A DNA stretch of 64,000 bases from Eledone cirrhosa. Lineage: Eukaryota. Positions 27,353 through 40,433 of this stretch are shown piece after piece (within the stretch, counting starts at the first letter, position 1; the number at the start of each line of letters is the position of its first letter). Where the stretch lies: NCBI GenBank assembly GCA_964016885.1, contig OZ024746.1:43338001-43402000 (forward strand). The letters run 5' to 3'. Position numbers and translations under genes: made by a program. Under the pieces are notes generated by a model. That model was not told the origin of the DNA and searched no databases. It was given only the letters and a program-made list of their open reading frames with translations.

Positions 27353-27713
27353 AGAGAAAACAGTTACTGGAGAAGATATTACACATCATGTGCAGAGTAA
27401 TATTAGAAATCCTTACAAAACACAAGAAATCATACAATTAAATACAACAATCTTCATTTCAGTTTCATGCCAAAATATGGATAAATGGATTAATTGCTAG
27501 AATAAAAAGAGGAATATGCTAATCACATTTGCTTTGGTTTGGTTTTTATTTTTAAAAAGTAATTCATTTATGAAGTTACAGCTGCTAACAGTTTATATTC
27601 ATTCTTTTGTATATTATCTGCAAGCTATGCACTCTATTGAGTAACAATACTCCAAAGACCCTTCCGAGGAATGCCATTTTGGTGGCTTGTATTCACAATT
27701 GTTTTCTTTCAGT

Positions 27714-27925
27714 CATGGAGGCACATGGCTTAGTGGTTAGAGCATTGGCCTTGCAATCGAAAGGTTGTGAGTTCAATTCTCAGACCGGGTGATGTGTTGT
27801 TTCCTTGAGCAAGACACTTTATTTTACATTGCTCCAGTTTACTCAGCTGTAGAAATGAGATGATAGGGACTGGGGTCCTTATCATTCCACTGCAAAGTGG
27901 TCGTGTAGGTGCCATGGCAAAAAAG
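27714..27925 (+). mobile_element. SINE family A 5' part (tRNA-derived head plus CORE-like domain)
   Basis: Box A tggcttagtggttagagc, box B gagttcaattct, then tccttgagcaagacacttt (CORE-like). Confidence 0.85.
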
Positions 27926-29750
27926 CAAAAAAGTTAACACATTAATTTAAAGCTCTCTGTATTTATTAATGAGCTGAACATTTCTTAACTTCTAAAATTT
28001 AGTGTTTTTCAATCATTTTCTCTTTGTATATCAGAATTATCTTGATACAAGTATGTTTTTTTTTTTTAAACATCATCATTGAAATACTATGATTATTTAT
28101 TTGTACAAATACAATTAACTAAATCACTATTTCCTATAACATTGGCAGATATGCCAAGTTATAACTTAAGATACAAATACTTAAAATGATGTATTAAATA
28201 AATATAATTTGCTTTCTTAATTTAATAGTTTGAACTTTTTTGTTTAAAATATTTATTTTTGCAGCCTTTATATAATTTTATATTTAGTTGTACTTTGATT
28301 AACTAGAAACCTATCCTCTTTATATAGCTTTAGTAAACCAATTAAAAATTACCTCACATTTCACATAAAAATCAATAATTCATTTACATTCTACTTTTAT
28401 AGGATTCTAATGAATAACAACCACAAATAAGTAAAAAATCAAAACACTAGAAAGTTTTGATTTATTTAAGAATTAGATCAATTGCTAGAACTATATTAAT
28501 TGTCTTTGAACATTTACAAAATGACCAACATATAGCAGAAAATATAATTCTTGTTGAATTTTTTTAAGCATAATGAATAGTATTTGTAGAATAAATAAAT
28601 CTCAATGGGTTAGTTTCTAGTAGTGAGGCATGTTTGCTGGTCTTTTTAATCATTTCAAGATTGAAGTGGTTATAATTATATAACATATATTCAACTGTTG
28701 TTTATGTTCAGTTAACTATTATTTACTTTTCAGATATTGTTTCCTTCAGTCTAATTCCATAATATCTCATGTCAAAAACTCACGTATAATACAATAGTAT
28801 AAAAGACAAAACATCATTTACATGTGTAAATATGTTAACCTCATTTCACTCCTCTACAATTACCACTGTTCAAACATGCAAGAAAGCAGACTAGATAACA
28901 ATATGTTATAGCTGTCTCCTTACAACCAAAATGGTAAAACAACTTAAATGGTGAAGTACAGTATTGTGATTGAACAGATTGAAGTATAGCATATCTGAGA
29001 ATGGCTGCTCACAAATATTTGATAAACTACTTCCATTCTTTATGCCTGTTCAAACGTAAATGACCAGAGCTATTCAATAACAAGAAGACACATAAATTAT
29101 GTGCTATCTGAAAGCTTCTTCAGATAACCTCAGGCAATTTACAAATGCTTGCAGATCAGGTCATGGGCCACCAAATAGTACAATCTGATCAGTGTATGTT
29201 ATACCTGCTGAGTATAACGTTATCTCTCTTAAAGATGTTTGAAGAAATTAACCAGGTACAAGCAGTTTTAGTACAAGGTTTGAAGAATTCTGTGAATGTG
29301 AAGTTCCAGTACATTCAGGACTGTTAGCTGTGATACATTTTGGGATGATCTTGAATGGAGCTGATGCATTTGAAGTGAACTATGTTAATATGTTACAATG
29401 TTTATATTATAATACATTTAGGACTGGGGTACTTTAAAGCTGTATTGATATTTAACTGTTATATTTTACATAGTGTATGGATTATAAAGTATTGCCAAGT
29501 CCACTGAAAATGTGGTTTAGTGCATAGGCCAAACAAGTCATACCACTGATATTTTATGCATCAACATTGACAGAGCTTCAATTTTTAAAAGTCCACTTGG
29601 GTTTAGAGTAATGATAATAGGCAACAATAGTACAAACTAATTTTGATAAAGCTGGACAACAAAATAATCGAATAATAACACCACATACACTGATGAGGTT
29701 GTTCAGAGCAACCAAGAGCATATTTACATAGTAACATCATTTTAGTTTAA

Positions 29751-31219
29751 CCCTTTAGCGTTCAAAGCGACAAAAACCGACAAAATTATGTCCCCTTTCA
29801 TTTATTCAAACCGACAAAAACCGACATTTAATACCACACGGAGATTTCCTTCTAAAAATAAACATTGACATCATCGAAATCTCGTCAATTCGAGATTACT
29901 GCGAGATAAAGCCCTTACGCGCGAAAATTAACTCTTAGTATAGTTAAAGAACTTGCGATAACACGTGTTTTTAACGTTGAAAGTGTAACATGGCTTCCGA
30001 AAGTAGCGACAACGAATTTGAAGGTTTTACGTCCGACGACATTCGAGATCAAAAAGAAACAGAAGATAATATCAGTGATTTATCTCAAACGAATCAGATA
30101 TATTTATTTCTGATATATCTGATAATGATGATAATTACTTTGAAAGTGAAAGAGAAGATTTGACTGACACCATTGAAAAAATAGCAACGTGGTTGAAAGA
30201 AACAACATCGATACATGTTTCGGATTTTACTGAAAATATTGGACCACAACACACATTACCACCTGATGCTAAAGCACTGGATTATTATTTTTTATTTTTA
30301 CCACAATCTTTCTTCGAAGTTGTGGCAAATCGCTATGCACAACAACAAATTTCTAATATCGGAAAACCCGATCTGTTATGTTGTCCGACAGATTCTGCCG
30401 AAATGAAAGCGTTTTTTACCATAAATATTATGTTTGGTATTAAACAATTTCCACGACTGTGGAATTATTGGAGTACTGATATAAGGTTTGGTGACCCTTA
30501 TATATCTAGTATTATGGCAAAAACGAGATTCATTAAATTAAACCAGTATTTGCATCTGGTTGATACTTCAAATGCCCCTGGTAGAAATGAATCAAATTAC
30601 GACCCATTGTACAAAGTACGACCATTAATTGAAATATTGTCAGAAAAATTTAAAAGTGTGTATAAACTTATATATTGGGAACTTTCTATTACGTAATTTT
30701 ACACCGTACATTTACAGAGTACATTGCCAATATTATTTTGACCGGTGAAAAGGTTTTATACATTTTTTTTCAATGAAAATATTTGCCTGGAATGTAGAGA
30801 AAGACTAAAACCGTGTACTGATTACACCTGCATTTTTAATTAATTCACCTGTTCAGAAAACTGCTAGAATTGATGGAAATCAGCATCTAGGTCATTATTG
30901 GATTTTTTTGCAACAAATCTAACAGATAAGGCAGATAAAGTTTAAATTTTTGTGTTTATCCATAAAGTTATTACTTTTACACCTGTTAATTAATTTCACT
31001 TGCCCATAAAAGTCAAATTTAACAAAAAAAATCAGGTAAAAATATATAATTGTAAATTATAGTTATTTAAACATCTACTGACAAAATTTCAAGTCTGCAC
31101 ATAGAAAATTAAAGTAATTACAAACAAATAAAATTGATAACCCTCTTGAGTATAATTAAGTGAAAATAATGCGAATAGATGAACATGACATTTGACAATT
31201 CAATGTGAATGCTAAAGGG
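29751..31219 (+). mobile_element. piggyBac DNA transposon, internally deleted
   Basis: TTAA TSD at 29747-29750 and 31220-31223; TIRs ccctttagcgttca / tgaatgctaaaggg; N-terminal transposase fragment. Confidence 0.93.
29990..30696 (+). pseudogene. piggyBac-like transposase N-terminal fragment
   Basis: Acidic N-terminus MASESSDNEFEGF; EMKAFF..MFGI, YWS, ISSIMAKTRF...YLHL, DPLYKVRPLIE; ends at LSI, just before the first catalytic Asp. Confidence 0.88.
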
Positions 31220-33052
31220 TTAATATAAGCTTTCTAAAATAAATATTTACTTATAATAACTATTATCTTTAAAATCAGCAAACCTGAAGTCCAATGGATT
31301 TTATGACAAATTTGTTACATTCAGCAACACAATGACACAATCACAACATATATCCAAGAAAAGAATATTCCCTTCACTAAATATGAACAACATGCAACTA
31401 GATCCCTTAAGGTTGCTACAAATACTAGACTGCACCATCACTGAAGCTATATCATAGTAAATGCACACTGCCAACATAGCAAAGACTGCAGCACAAAAAT
31501 GGCTGTTCTCTTCAGGGCAAGAAAATACTTGTCTTAAATGAAACACAAAACAGAATATAGGTCCTACATCTGTGATGGAGCTGCAGCAACATATTCAGAC
31601 TTGACTGCTACCAAAGAAAAGACCATCCAACTAATTAGCAAGTAATCTTTTCTAACTCACTCCAACCTCTAGCACACTGATATGTTGTCTTCTGCCTCTG
31701 CCTTTTATGATGATTACAATGATATCTATTCCACACAGCTGGTTAGTCTCATGCCATCTGCATTTAAGGACTTCAAATTTACTCATTTCCACTCACCACT
31801 GCATTCAAACGATGTCCCTCCATTACCCATATTAATCATTACAGTTAATCCTTCCTCCCCAGAATGTTAGTCTATTTGAATCTTCTCCCTGTTCATGTTT
31901 TCTGTGTAATATTTGATTTGTCATGGTTCAATGAGATTATTGACTGCATTGTTGTCACCCATCCCAGGGAGCCAGCAATAGCCATGAGCACATCTCCTTG
32001 CCAAACCAATACAAAATATTTCTAAGATCTGATGTCCTGAGAGATTTCCCAGAAAGAAGTGAAATAGCTGTTTTAATGTGATTACTTTTCATCTAGAGAT
32101 GTTTAAATTTAGCCACAGTTAGTTTCGTGGTGTACCATTACTTGATAATATCATTTAGATTAGATTGAAGAAGGGAATGGTTGGCTTGGCTCTTTATCTT
32201 TTTTTTTTATTACAGCTTCAGATTGCAAGTGAAGATTTCGGTTTTACTATACTGATGCACCTTCACATCATTATGTATAAAATTAAGCGGACATGCTCAA
32301 TACAGATCCAAACTGTAATTGTAATAACATAGGTGATAAAGGAATCCATATTACATTTTTTCTTACAAGTCAACTTTCGACAGCTCTCTTAGTAATTACA
32401 TCAATAATATTAAATCAAAACTGAATAATTTTGATGCAAAAGAATTTCATATCATTGAAAGCATATTTAAAATCAATAAGTAATTTTCAAATTATGAAAT
32501 TCAAAACCTTTTTTATCATTATAATATCTAAAGATTTATACCCAGTAAGATCTATTTTTGATACTTTAGAACAGTATCAAATTTGCATATGAAATAGCTA
32601 AATTTATAGAAATGACAAGCAAAATTATTTATGAAGATAACTTCTAATGTTCAGAAAACTAAGTTATCTGCAGATCAAGAGCAGATGTGACATGTTCTAA
32701 AATATAAATTCAATAAGTCTATTCAGTTAATCATTCCTATATAGGTGTAAAGCTCTGAATTTATAATACTGAAACACATTCTGATACATGTAGTTATCTT
32801 ATATGGCTTGCATAGAAATAATACATTTATAGATCACAGAATAAAACGTGATTTCAAATGAAGGATATTATTAAATAGATTCTAACTTGATGTGGCTTCA
32901 GGAAGTCCAGTTAATTACATAGTTATTATATTCAAAATAAATTCCATATGAACCTCTCATCTCTTTAACATAAGTACCTGTAACACTGAATGTACATAAG
33001 AAACAGATCCACCATTTATAACCATAACTATTTAATTTTGAATATATATGAT

Positions 33053-33199
33053 GTTAAGGTAATGTTCTCAAAATAAATAATATCAAAGTCTCATAGATTC
33101 GATATTATGTGAGATAATTATGTAAAATAAAGCCTTTACCACAAAAATACAATAGTATATATAGAGTAATATACAGTAATGAAAATGCTAAAGGGTTAA
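33053..33199 (+). mobile_element. piggyBac-derived MITE fragment with intact right TIR
   Basis: Ends aatgctaaaggg followed by TTAA; paralogous to 27218-27352. Confidence 0.65.
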
Positions 33200-36100
33200 A
33201 GGTGTAAGTTGATGAAGTGTTGAAGCTATTATATTCAGTTGACTAGTTGCTTTCATAAAATTGCTTCTTTAACAAACGACACATGCATTTCACTTTATGT
33301 GACTCCATAGAACAAATCCAGTTACTTTATAGTTAAAAGCATTTTTCGTTGCTTCTTTATCATATATCAGTAATACTGTACAGATGAAATGATCAGAATT
33401 CAACTTCAAACAGTGAGATGCTGATCTGAAAATAACTTTCCCAAATTTGTTCTTACTAATTCATACTTTCTCAGTGATAACTATGTCAACTAAGTAATAG
33501 AATTTATCCAACAATTTAAGAAATTTCTCTAAACAGTTTATTTTTTCCATTTTATGACTGCATATCTTTAAGAGAATCTTTTCTTTCCAATACATTTCAG
33601 ATTGTTCTCAATAATTTCACTAGAAATGTAATGTTACTCTGTGCCTTTTGGCTGTTCATTGATTTCATTCATTAGACAATATCAGGTTCCTGTATGCTGA
33701 AATTCTTCATATTAGTCAAAGCTATTTTCCTACAGTATTTTGTAGTATTTTATTCTTAGTTATATTCTCTTATTGGCCTTTTAACTCAAGTTCAATCTTC
33801 TAAATTTTGAACTTCTTTTGTAGTACATATATTGATCTTACATTGTGAATAACATTTCCAGAACACCTACAATCACATATGATCGGTTACTGGTAAGTTT
33901 AAAGATCATAATTTGACGTTCTTAGGTTCTACAAGTTTTATAAACCCCAAGAATTAGAATGAGAAGCAATGATACTGAAAACAGCACATTCCTTTTATTT
34001 AGAAACTCACAATTATATTGTTAATTTTAGACCTACTTAATCCTAATCTTTCATGAGAAATTCCTTCATAGACATCATTTTGGTTTGAAAGTCATTTCCT
34101 TTTTAACAGGAACAATATTTGCAACTATTGCACCAAAAATATAAGCCTGCAGTTGCATGTCTTTATAAACAGTCTACTAACACTAAATGCGTTCCTTTAA
34201 AGATTGGAAAATATAATACTGTAATCATACTTTTGATAACAGATGTAAATATAAAATGCTTTAGTAAATACATCAGTTTTGATAATTGAGATGAAAAAAA
34301 TATATATTCATAATTGGTATTTTGATAGAAACTGTTGATATTCTCCAAATGTTAGTAGGTTTCCAATAATGATTTATATATTTAAGTGTTTTTTTTCATC
34401 AGTTGATAAGCAACTAACAATTCTGGCAACTACTGGGGATTTTCATGAAGTAATATGAGCCAAATTATATCAAATGCATTTACTAATGAAATTAACTATT
34501 AAGTGAAATTATATTTTGTTAATTTGCTGAAATTTTTTAGGGTTAACTGTATGTGGGAAATCAAATATGAAATAAAACAGAAAACTTAAAAATTAAATGT
34601 TGAGTATTTCATAGCTACATAGTACATAATTGTTTTTAAGACTACTTAATCTATAATAATTGGAGGAAGGGGTACATTTCTCTTCATAAAAATAGTGATA
34701 ATGTTTAATTTTAATTGATAAAATATTTGAAATTCAAATTTCATCTGAGCTATAAATCTAAATTAGCTTTATAAAGGCTGATTAATAAAGTTTAAATTTT
34801 TTGTTTAGTTAAATGCACCAAATATTATAAACTATCAATTATAACTAATTCCAGTTTTATTTGGACTAAATTTCACCATAATTCATTTCTCTATTTTCAA
34901 AAGCTACAACTCACATTTTCTTTTGATGTATATTAATGAAATTTAAGTGATTAATATTTTCATAATAAATGTTTTCCAAATAGTAAATCAATCAAATTTC
35001 AACAGTTAAAAGACCACAAGAATCCAACTTTTCCTTTGATGATTTTCCATATTTATCAACTTTTCTAATTAACTATTTTTATCTATTTCTACTTTTTTTT
35101 TTTGTCTTTATTGAAGTTAAAACTATATCCTTCTTTCATTCATACATTACTCTTATTTGATTGTGTGGCTTTCAGGAAATGCTATTTTTCTTTCATAAAC
35201 TTTCCCATTTTCCCCTGCTTAAAAAATATATCAGAATTTGTTCTAAATCTCCTGCAGTGTCACTTGCATTTTTATGAAGGAAAATTTCCTTGAAACAATC
35301 AATCTCTGTTACTGACATTGCTGATGATATTTGAAACCTGAATATAAATTGTCATTTTTATATATTTACAAGTAGGATTGACAGAATAAACAATGTTTAA
35401 TCAATGTTCACTTATAAAAGATATGAAACTAAAATATTTCAATTAATCTTTCCTCCCGAAAAATTCAGTATTCCTAAACAGAAAAAAAATAATTTATTCA
35501 TGAATAATCTTATCCCCACATATGTATTATTTGATTTCTCTATTTATTCTTCAAATTTTACTTTAAAAAGCTTTTATTCAATGAACATAGACAATATCTA
35601 TAATATATTACACTGACGTCAAAAGCCATGTAATTCCAAAGCAAAATATAGAAATTTTATTATAATAATGGTCATTAATTATTTCAAATTGATAACAAAA
35701 GTTCCTTGAATCATTACATTAACTGATATGTATTTGAAATATTTCACTAGTTTTTCCAGTGTTGCATTCATAAATCTGTACTCAGCAGAAGCTACCTTTA
35801 GAACATTGTCTTTGACTATATCTGAGATCTTACTTTTGGTTCAAGTTCATATATTTATAAAAAATATCTAGAATTGGTTTACATATAAGTTAAAACTAAA
35901 ATTGCAATTAGTAAGTGACGTTTCATCTCAACAAAATCTGTTAAAATGTCTTCTGTGTCTATTCAACAGATTTAATTGTGTGTTTATTCATCTACTTATT
36001 TGCAAAATTATTTACCATCAAGGATATTTCAAAGAAAATCATACAAACATTCTTTTAGCTGATTATATTTATTTGGTGACCTATACAATAAATGCACCCA

Positions 36101-36447
36101 GTAAATGCTGTAATGTGGTTGGTGATAGGTAAAGCATCTAGCAAAAGGAAACTTGCCAAAAAGGGTTGAGATAACCCTTCAGACATGTCAAGGACATGAC
36201 AACCTCCCTAGTGTTGGTGATCTACTTGATAAATGCGCTCAGTACATGCTTTACAACAGTTGGTGGTAGAAAGGGTATCCAGCCATAGAAATCTTGCCAC
36301 ACAAAGGGGTGGGAGGACCCTCAGTTGTTTCAAAGACATGACAACCTCTCCTGCACACTTAGTTGAGACCATACTGACTTGATGTAGACCAGCCCAACTA
36401 TTGCTAGCAAGGAAAATGGATGGTAAAACGACGACGATAATGATGAT

Positions 36448-36621
<174 letters not shown>

Positions 36622-36628
36622 CTATATA

Positions 36629-37810
36629 CAGGGTGTGGACGATATTTGTTCACAATTTCCAACTGCTAATTTTATGCAAATTTTTTTACTTCCATTGTCA
36701 CTCTTGTCTTCATAAAAACAGTGACTATATTTCCATTATTTATTTTCAGAATAATTGATTATGAATAATTTTGAACCTCCAAATTTGTGGAAGAGACACG
36801 GAGTTCTTCTTGGAATCTGCGCCGGGAGGACAAATAAGGAAATTTCAGACTTTCTCAGCGTCAGCAGGAGAATCGTGGAAAAGGTCAGAAAGGAATTGGA
36901 AGATTCAGGATTCAACTACGAAGCAACATCAGAGAGGAAAACACATGATCGACGATCTGACGCCTTCAGAACGCTCGAGTTTGTTGCTGAAGTTCAGGAT
37001 ATCATCAACAAGAACCTAGCAAGTTGATGTGTGCCATTGCAAGGGAGGAAGGCGTGGATGAAAAGCTCATTAGGCTGGTGGTACATTAAGACATTTGCTA
37101 CGTTTCATACAAGATGAGGAAAGGACAATTTCTGTCAAAGGCGATGCAAGAAAAGCGACTGAAGCATGCGAAGAAGCTGGTCAAGACCAGAAGATCAACT
37201 CCCAGAACAACAGGTGGCTCGCTGTCTCATCCAAAGACATGCCCAGAGTCATGCAGACAAAGTTTCCAGCGACAATATTGGTCTTAGGTGTCGTCAGCAG
37301 TCAAGGTGACGTCTTGCTACCTCACTTCTTCCCTGAGGGCCTCAAGCTGAACACCGATGGCTACATCCGCGTTCTGAGTGAGGTAGTAAAGCCCTGGATC
37401 GACCAGGTAACTGCAGGTAGGTGGTACGTGTGGCAGCAAGACTCGACCACACTTCACCTGACATCTGGCCTCCCAGCTTGCCTGACTCAACCCCCTCGAC
37501 TTCTTTGTGTGGAGCGCAGTGGAACGAGACACCAACAGATCTAGCTGCAATACGAAAGACGATCTGAAGGCCAGGATCACAAGTGCCTTTAGGGGCCTAA
37601 GTCGGGGGACAGTGACGAAGGCCTGTAGCCGGTTCCAAGGCTGCCTTGAGGCCGTCGTCAAAGCCAATGGCAGGTTTATCGAGTGAGATCGAAAGAACAA
37701 ATCATGAAGACAAACTGACCCAAGTTTGATAAATATATCTTAAAAAATAAAACTACTGTGTTATTTTTATCTAGACAGTAATCTTGTGAACAAAGATCGT
37801 CCACACCTTG
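36629..37810 (+). mobile_element. Tc1/mariner transposon, maT (DD37D)-like, internally deleted
   Basis: TA TSD on both sides; 27-bp TIRs cagggtgtggacgatatttgttcacaa / ttgtgaacaaagatcgtccacaccttg. Confidence 0.93.
36761..37686 (+). pseudogene. maT-like transposase, disrupted
   Basis: HTH-like N-terminus, NSQNNRW, TKFPATILVLGVVS, YVWQQDS, WPPSLPD..PLDFFVW, ends GRFIE*; first catalytic Asp region missing. Confidence 0.88.
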
Positions 37811-37814
37811 TATA

Positions 37815-38151
37815 TCATCATCATCATCATTTTACGTCCACTTTTCCCTGCTTGCAAGGGTGGGACGGGAACTGATTAGGCTTGATTTCTACAGCTGGAT
37901 GCCCTTCCTAACACCAACCTCATTTACAGTAAGTGCTGGGTGGTTTTTGCCATGGCACCTACACGACCACTTTGCAGTGGAATGATATGGACCTCAGTCC
38001 CTATCATCTCATTTCTACAGCTGAGTAAACTGGAACAATGTGAATTAAAGTGTCTTGCTCAAGGAAACAACACATCACCCGGTCTGAGAATTGAACTCAC
38101 AACCTTTCGATTGCAAGGCCAATGCTCTAACCATTAAGCCATGTGCCTCCA
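37815..38151 (-). mobile_element. SINE family A, full length
   Basis: tRNA head, CORE-like domain, and a 3' ~45 nt nearly identical to the RTE LINE tail plus (atg)n. Confidence 0.9.
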
Positions 38152-38159
38152 TATATATA

Positions 38160-38275
38160 TATTAAAGAGTTGGGACCAAAAAGCTCAGCTCTTGCCATTT
38201 CTACAGCAAATTCCAGATTGGAATTTGCTGCCAAATGTGCAAGAGCTCAGCCATTAAGCCCTGACTCCCTAATAT
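38160..38275. repeat. Long imperfect hairpin (possible palindromic MITE)
   Basis: agctcttgc..cagcaaattcca GAT tggaatttgctg..gcaagagct with outer gagttggg/cctgactc arms. Confidence 0.7.
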
Positions 38276-38324
38276 ACTTACACTCTACTATCCCAAGTAT
38301 TGAATCCTCTGCTGAATCCTCTGT

Positions 38325-38358
<34 letters not shown>

Positions 38359-38447
38359 TTATGTATTGCAATGACTTCTACAGGACTAGAACTGTTTCAT
38401 TCCTGCATTGAAAACCTTTTTAATTACCCCCAGTACCACTCAGGAAC

Positions 38448-38522
<75 letters not shown>

Positions 38523-38749
38523 GGAGGTGAGTTTTATTGTAGTACAATAAAGCAATGCAGATATCGGATAAGTAGCACTCTACAGTTTGTAGGACTGGAG
38601 TATAAATAATATATAAGATCAAAAGATGGTTAAAAGAGTTCCATGTATTTTATTATGCGCATTTCAAAAACAAATATCATCATGCAATAACATTTGCGTT
38701 TTCGTCAGATAAAATAGGGAGACATGATATGAAGGTTAAAACACACTTG

Positions 38750-38801
38750 TGAATAGTGCAGTTTTAAATCAACATATGTTGATTTAAAACTGCACTATTC
38801 A
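38750..38801. repeat. Perfect 52-bp palindrome with no spacer
   Basis: tgaatagtgcagttttaaatcaacat followed by atgttgatttaaaactgcactattca. Confidence 0.97.
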
Positions 38802-40199
38802 TGATGATGAGGAGGGAGAGAAGGTTTGGGGATGGGCTAAAGTGATTAAATCACCTCCAGTATAGACTGACACTTTATTTTATCAACCCTGGAAGAAGGA
38901 AAGGCTGGTTTGACTGTGGTGGGATGTGAAACCAGAATGTAAAGAATCAGTACAAATGCTGCAATAGCATTTTATCTGATGTTCAATCTACCACCCTTAA
39001 ATCCAGTACATATTGAAAACAAAATATTGTTGCAGCAGGTGTTCCTGGCCATTGTCTACGAAAATGCTTTTGCTATTTTGTCTGCACGGTGCAACCGAAA
39101 CACCACTCTGACTCAGGCATAGAGCCTGTCACCCTCGCCCTTTCTTTTCTTTTGTTGCCTAATAATCCTTGCTCATTCCCTCCCTTTTCTCTCATTTATA
39201 GTATTTACAGTCCTTTCCAATACTATTTTGTTTTTCTATATGTTTGGTTAAATATTAAATTCCTTGTTATTTTCATCTATTTTTATCCTAGAAATATATT
39301 TGAGTTTTATAAAAAAAAACCAATGATTTTAAATTTAAAAAAACCTAGAAGAATTTGAAAATATGTTGTTGTTTTAATCAGTTGGCACTTGAACCTCTTT
39401 AATAGGGTCCACTTTGTTGAAAGCATTCAGGTTAGGTCCATGGTCTGAAAATAACTTCCATCTCTCTATGCACCAATCTCAGAGACCATAATTGAGGTTA
39501 TAGAGACAGTTTTTTCACCCTGCCTTAACCATTAAAAATGAAAATCAACCTGAAACAATGGATATATACTCGAATAGATGAAAAGTTGTGTCCAATATTG
39601 AAAAAGAGCAATTTCTTAGTTTCTGCCAGAAACTGATCTATGAATCTTATTTCTAATACCTCAGTATCGATGGAAATGATTTTGAATACTCAATATAGCA
39701 ATTCACTCTAGTTTCAGTAACAATACAGTTTTTGTGAAATCAAATCCACCAAACTATGGAGGGTAGGATAACTGTCAAATATATTTTCCAGACAGATATG
39801 CACAGCCGAGAGCTTTGTTCGTAGGTAGTAGGAATATTTGCTGCTTCACTAAGAAAACTACAATCTACTTCATTATATTCCCCTTTGTCTTCAGTAATTA
39901 ACAATATCTTCCTTCTCATTTCAAAAGCTTTTCATTATGTCTGCATGAGAATATTTTGTAAATGTTATATTCCTACTTACTCCATTTGAAAATAACCTCT
40001 GTTGGAAGATTTCTTTAAGGTCACTTTGAACTAGAGAAGAGGTATAAAGTAGAGGTATAAAGCTGGCCAAATGATTGACTAACTTAATGAGATGTCTATT
40101 GTTTCTATTGCTTTACAAGTTTTTCATAATGTTGTCTATGTATTATAACAAGAAATAACTAATATTTAGTAAGGATAAGTAGCACTCAATCCACACCAT

Positions 40200-40433
40200 T
40201 AAGTGGCAGTGCTGGTTTCATTACAAAAAGACACCTAGTCCGACCTAAAAGGTGGCAGTGCTGAGTCATGATAAAACACAGTAAAGTGGTTGGCATTAGG
40301 AAAGACATCCAGCCATAGAAAAAAAGCCAAAAACAGAGAATACAAGTAAGACATGTTTACCTAACAAGCCTCAGTATGTGACAACCCATCTAACTCATGC
40401 AAGTATGGAAAATAAATGTTAAGTGATGATGAT
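40200..40433 (+). mobile_element. Degenerate SINE A 3' part
   Basis: gtaaagtggttggcattaggaaagacatccagccatagaaa...gatgatgatg. Confidence 0.65.

Noticed and set aside
27716-27790. tRNA-like sequence (also at 38080-38150 and 52290-52360)
   Set aside because: No proper acceptor stem, and it continues into a repeated SINE body; it is a SINE head, not a tRNA gene
29080-29440. Coding-like stretch (ORF 29145-29327 and an overlapping frame)
   Set aside because: No recognisable motif, stops in all frames, no convincing splice sites; cannot support an exon call
37940-38137. Recurring ORF ...[34 protein letters not shown] in six places
   Set aside because: Antisense translation of SINE A; recurrence reflects repeat copies, not a gene family
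39380-39920. Moderate-complexity region considered as host exons
   Set aside because: No sustained ORF or recognisable protein similarity on either strand
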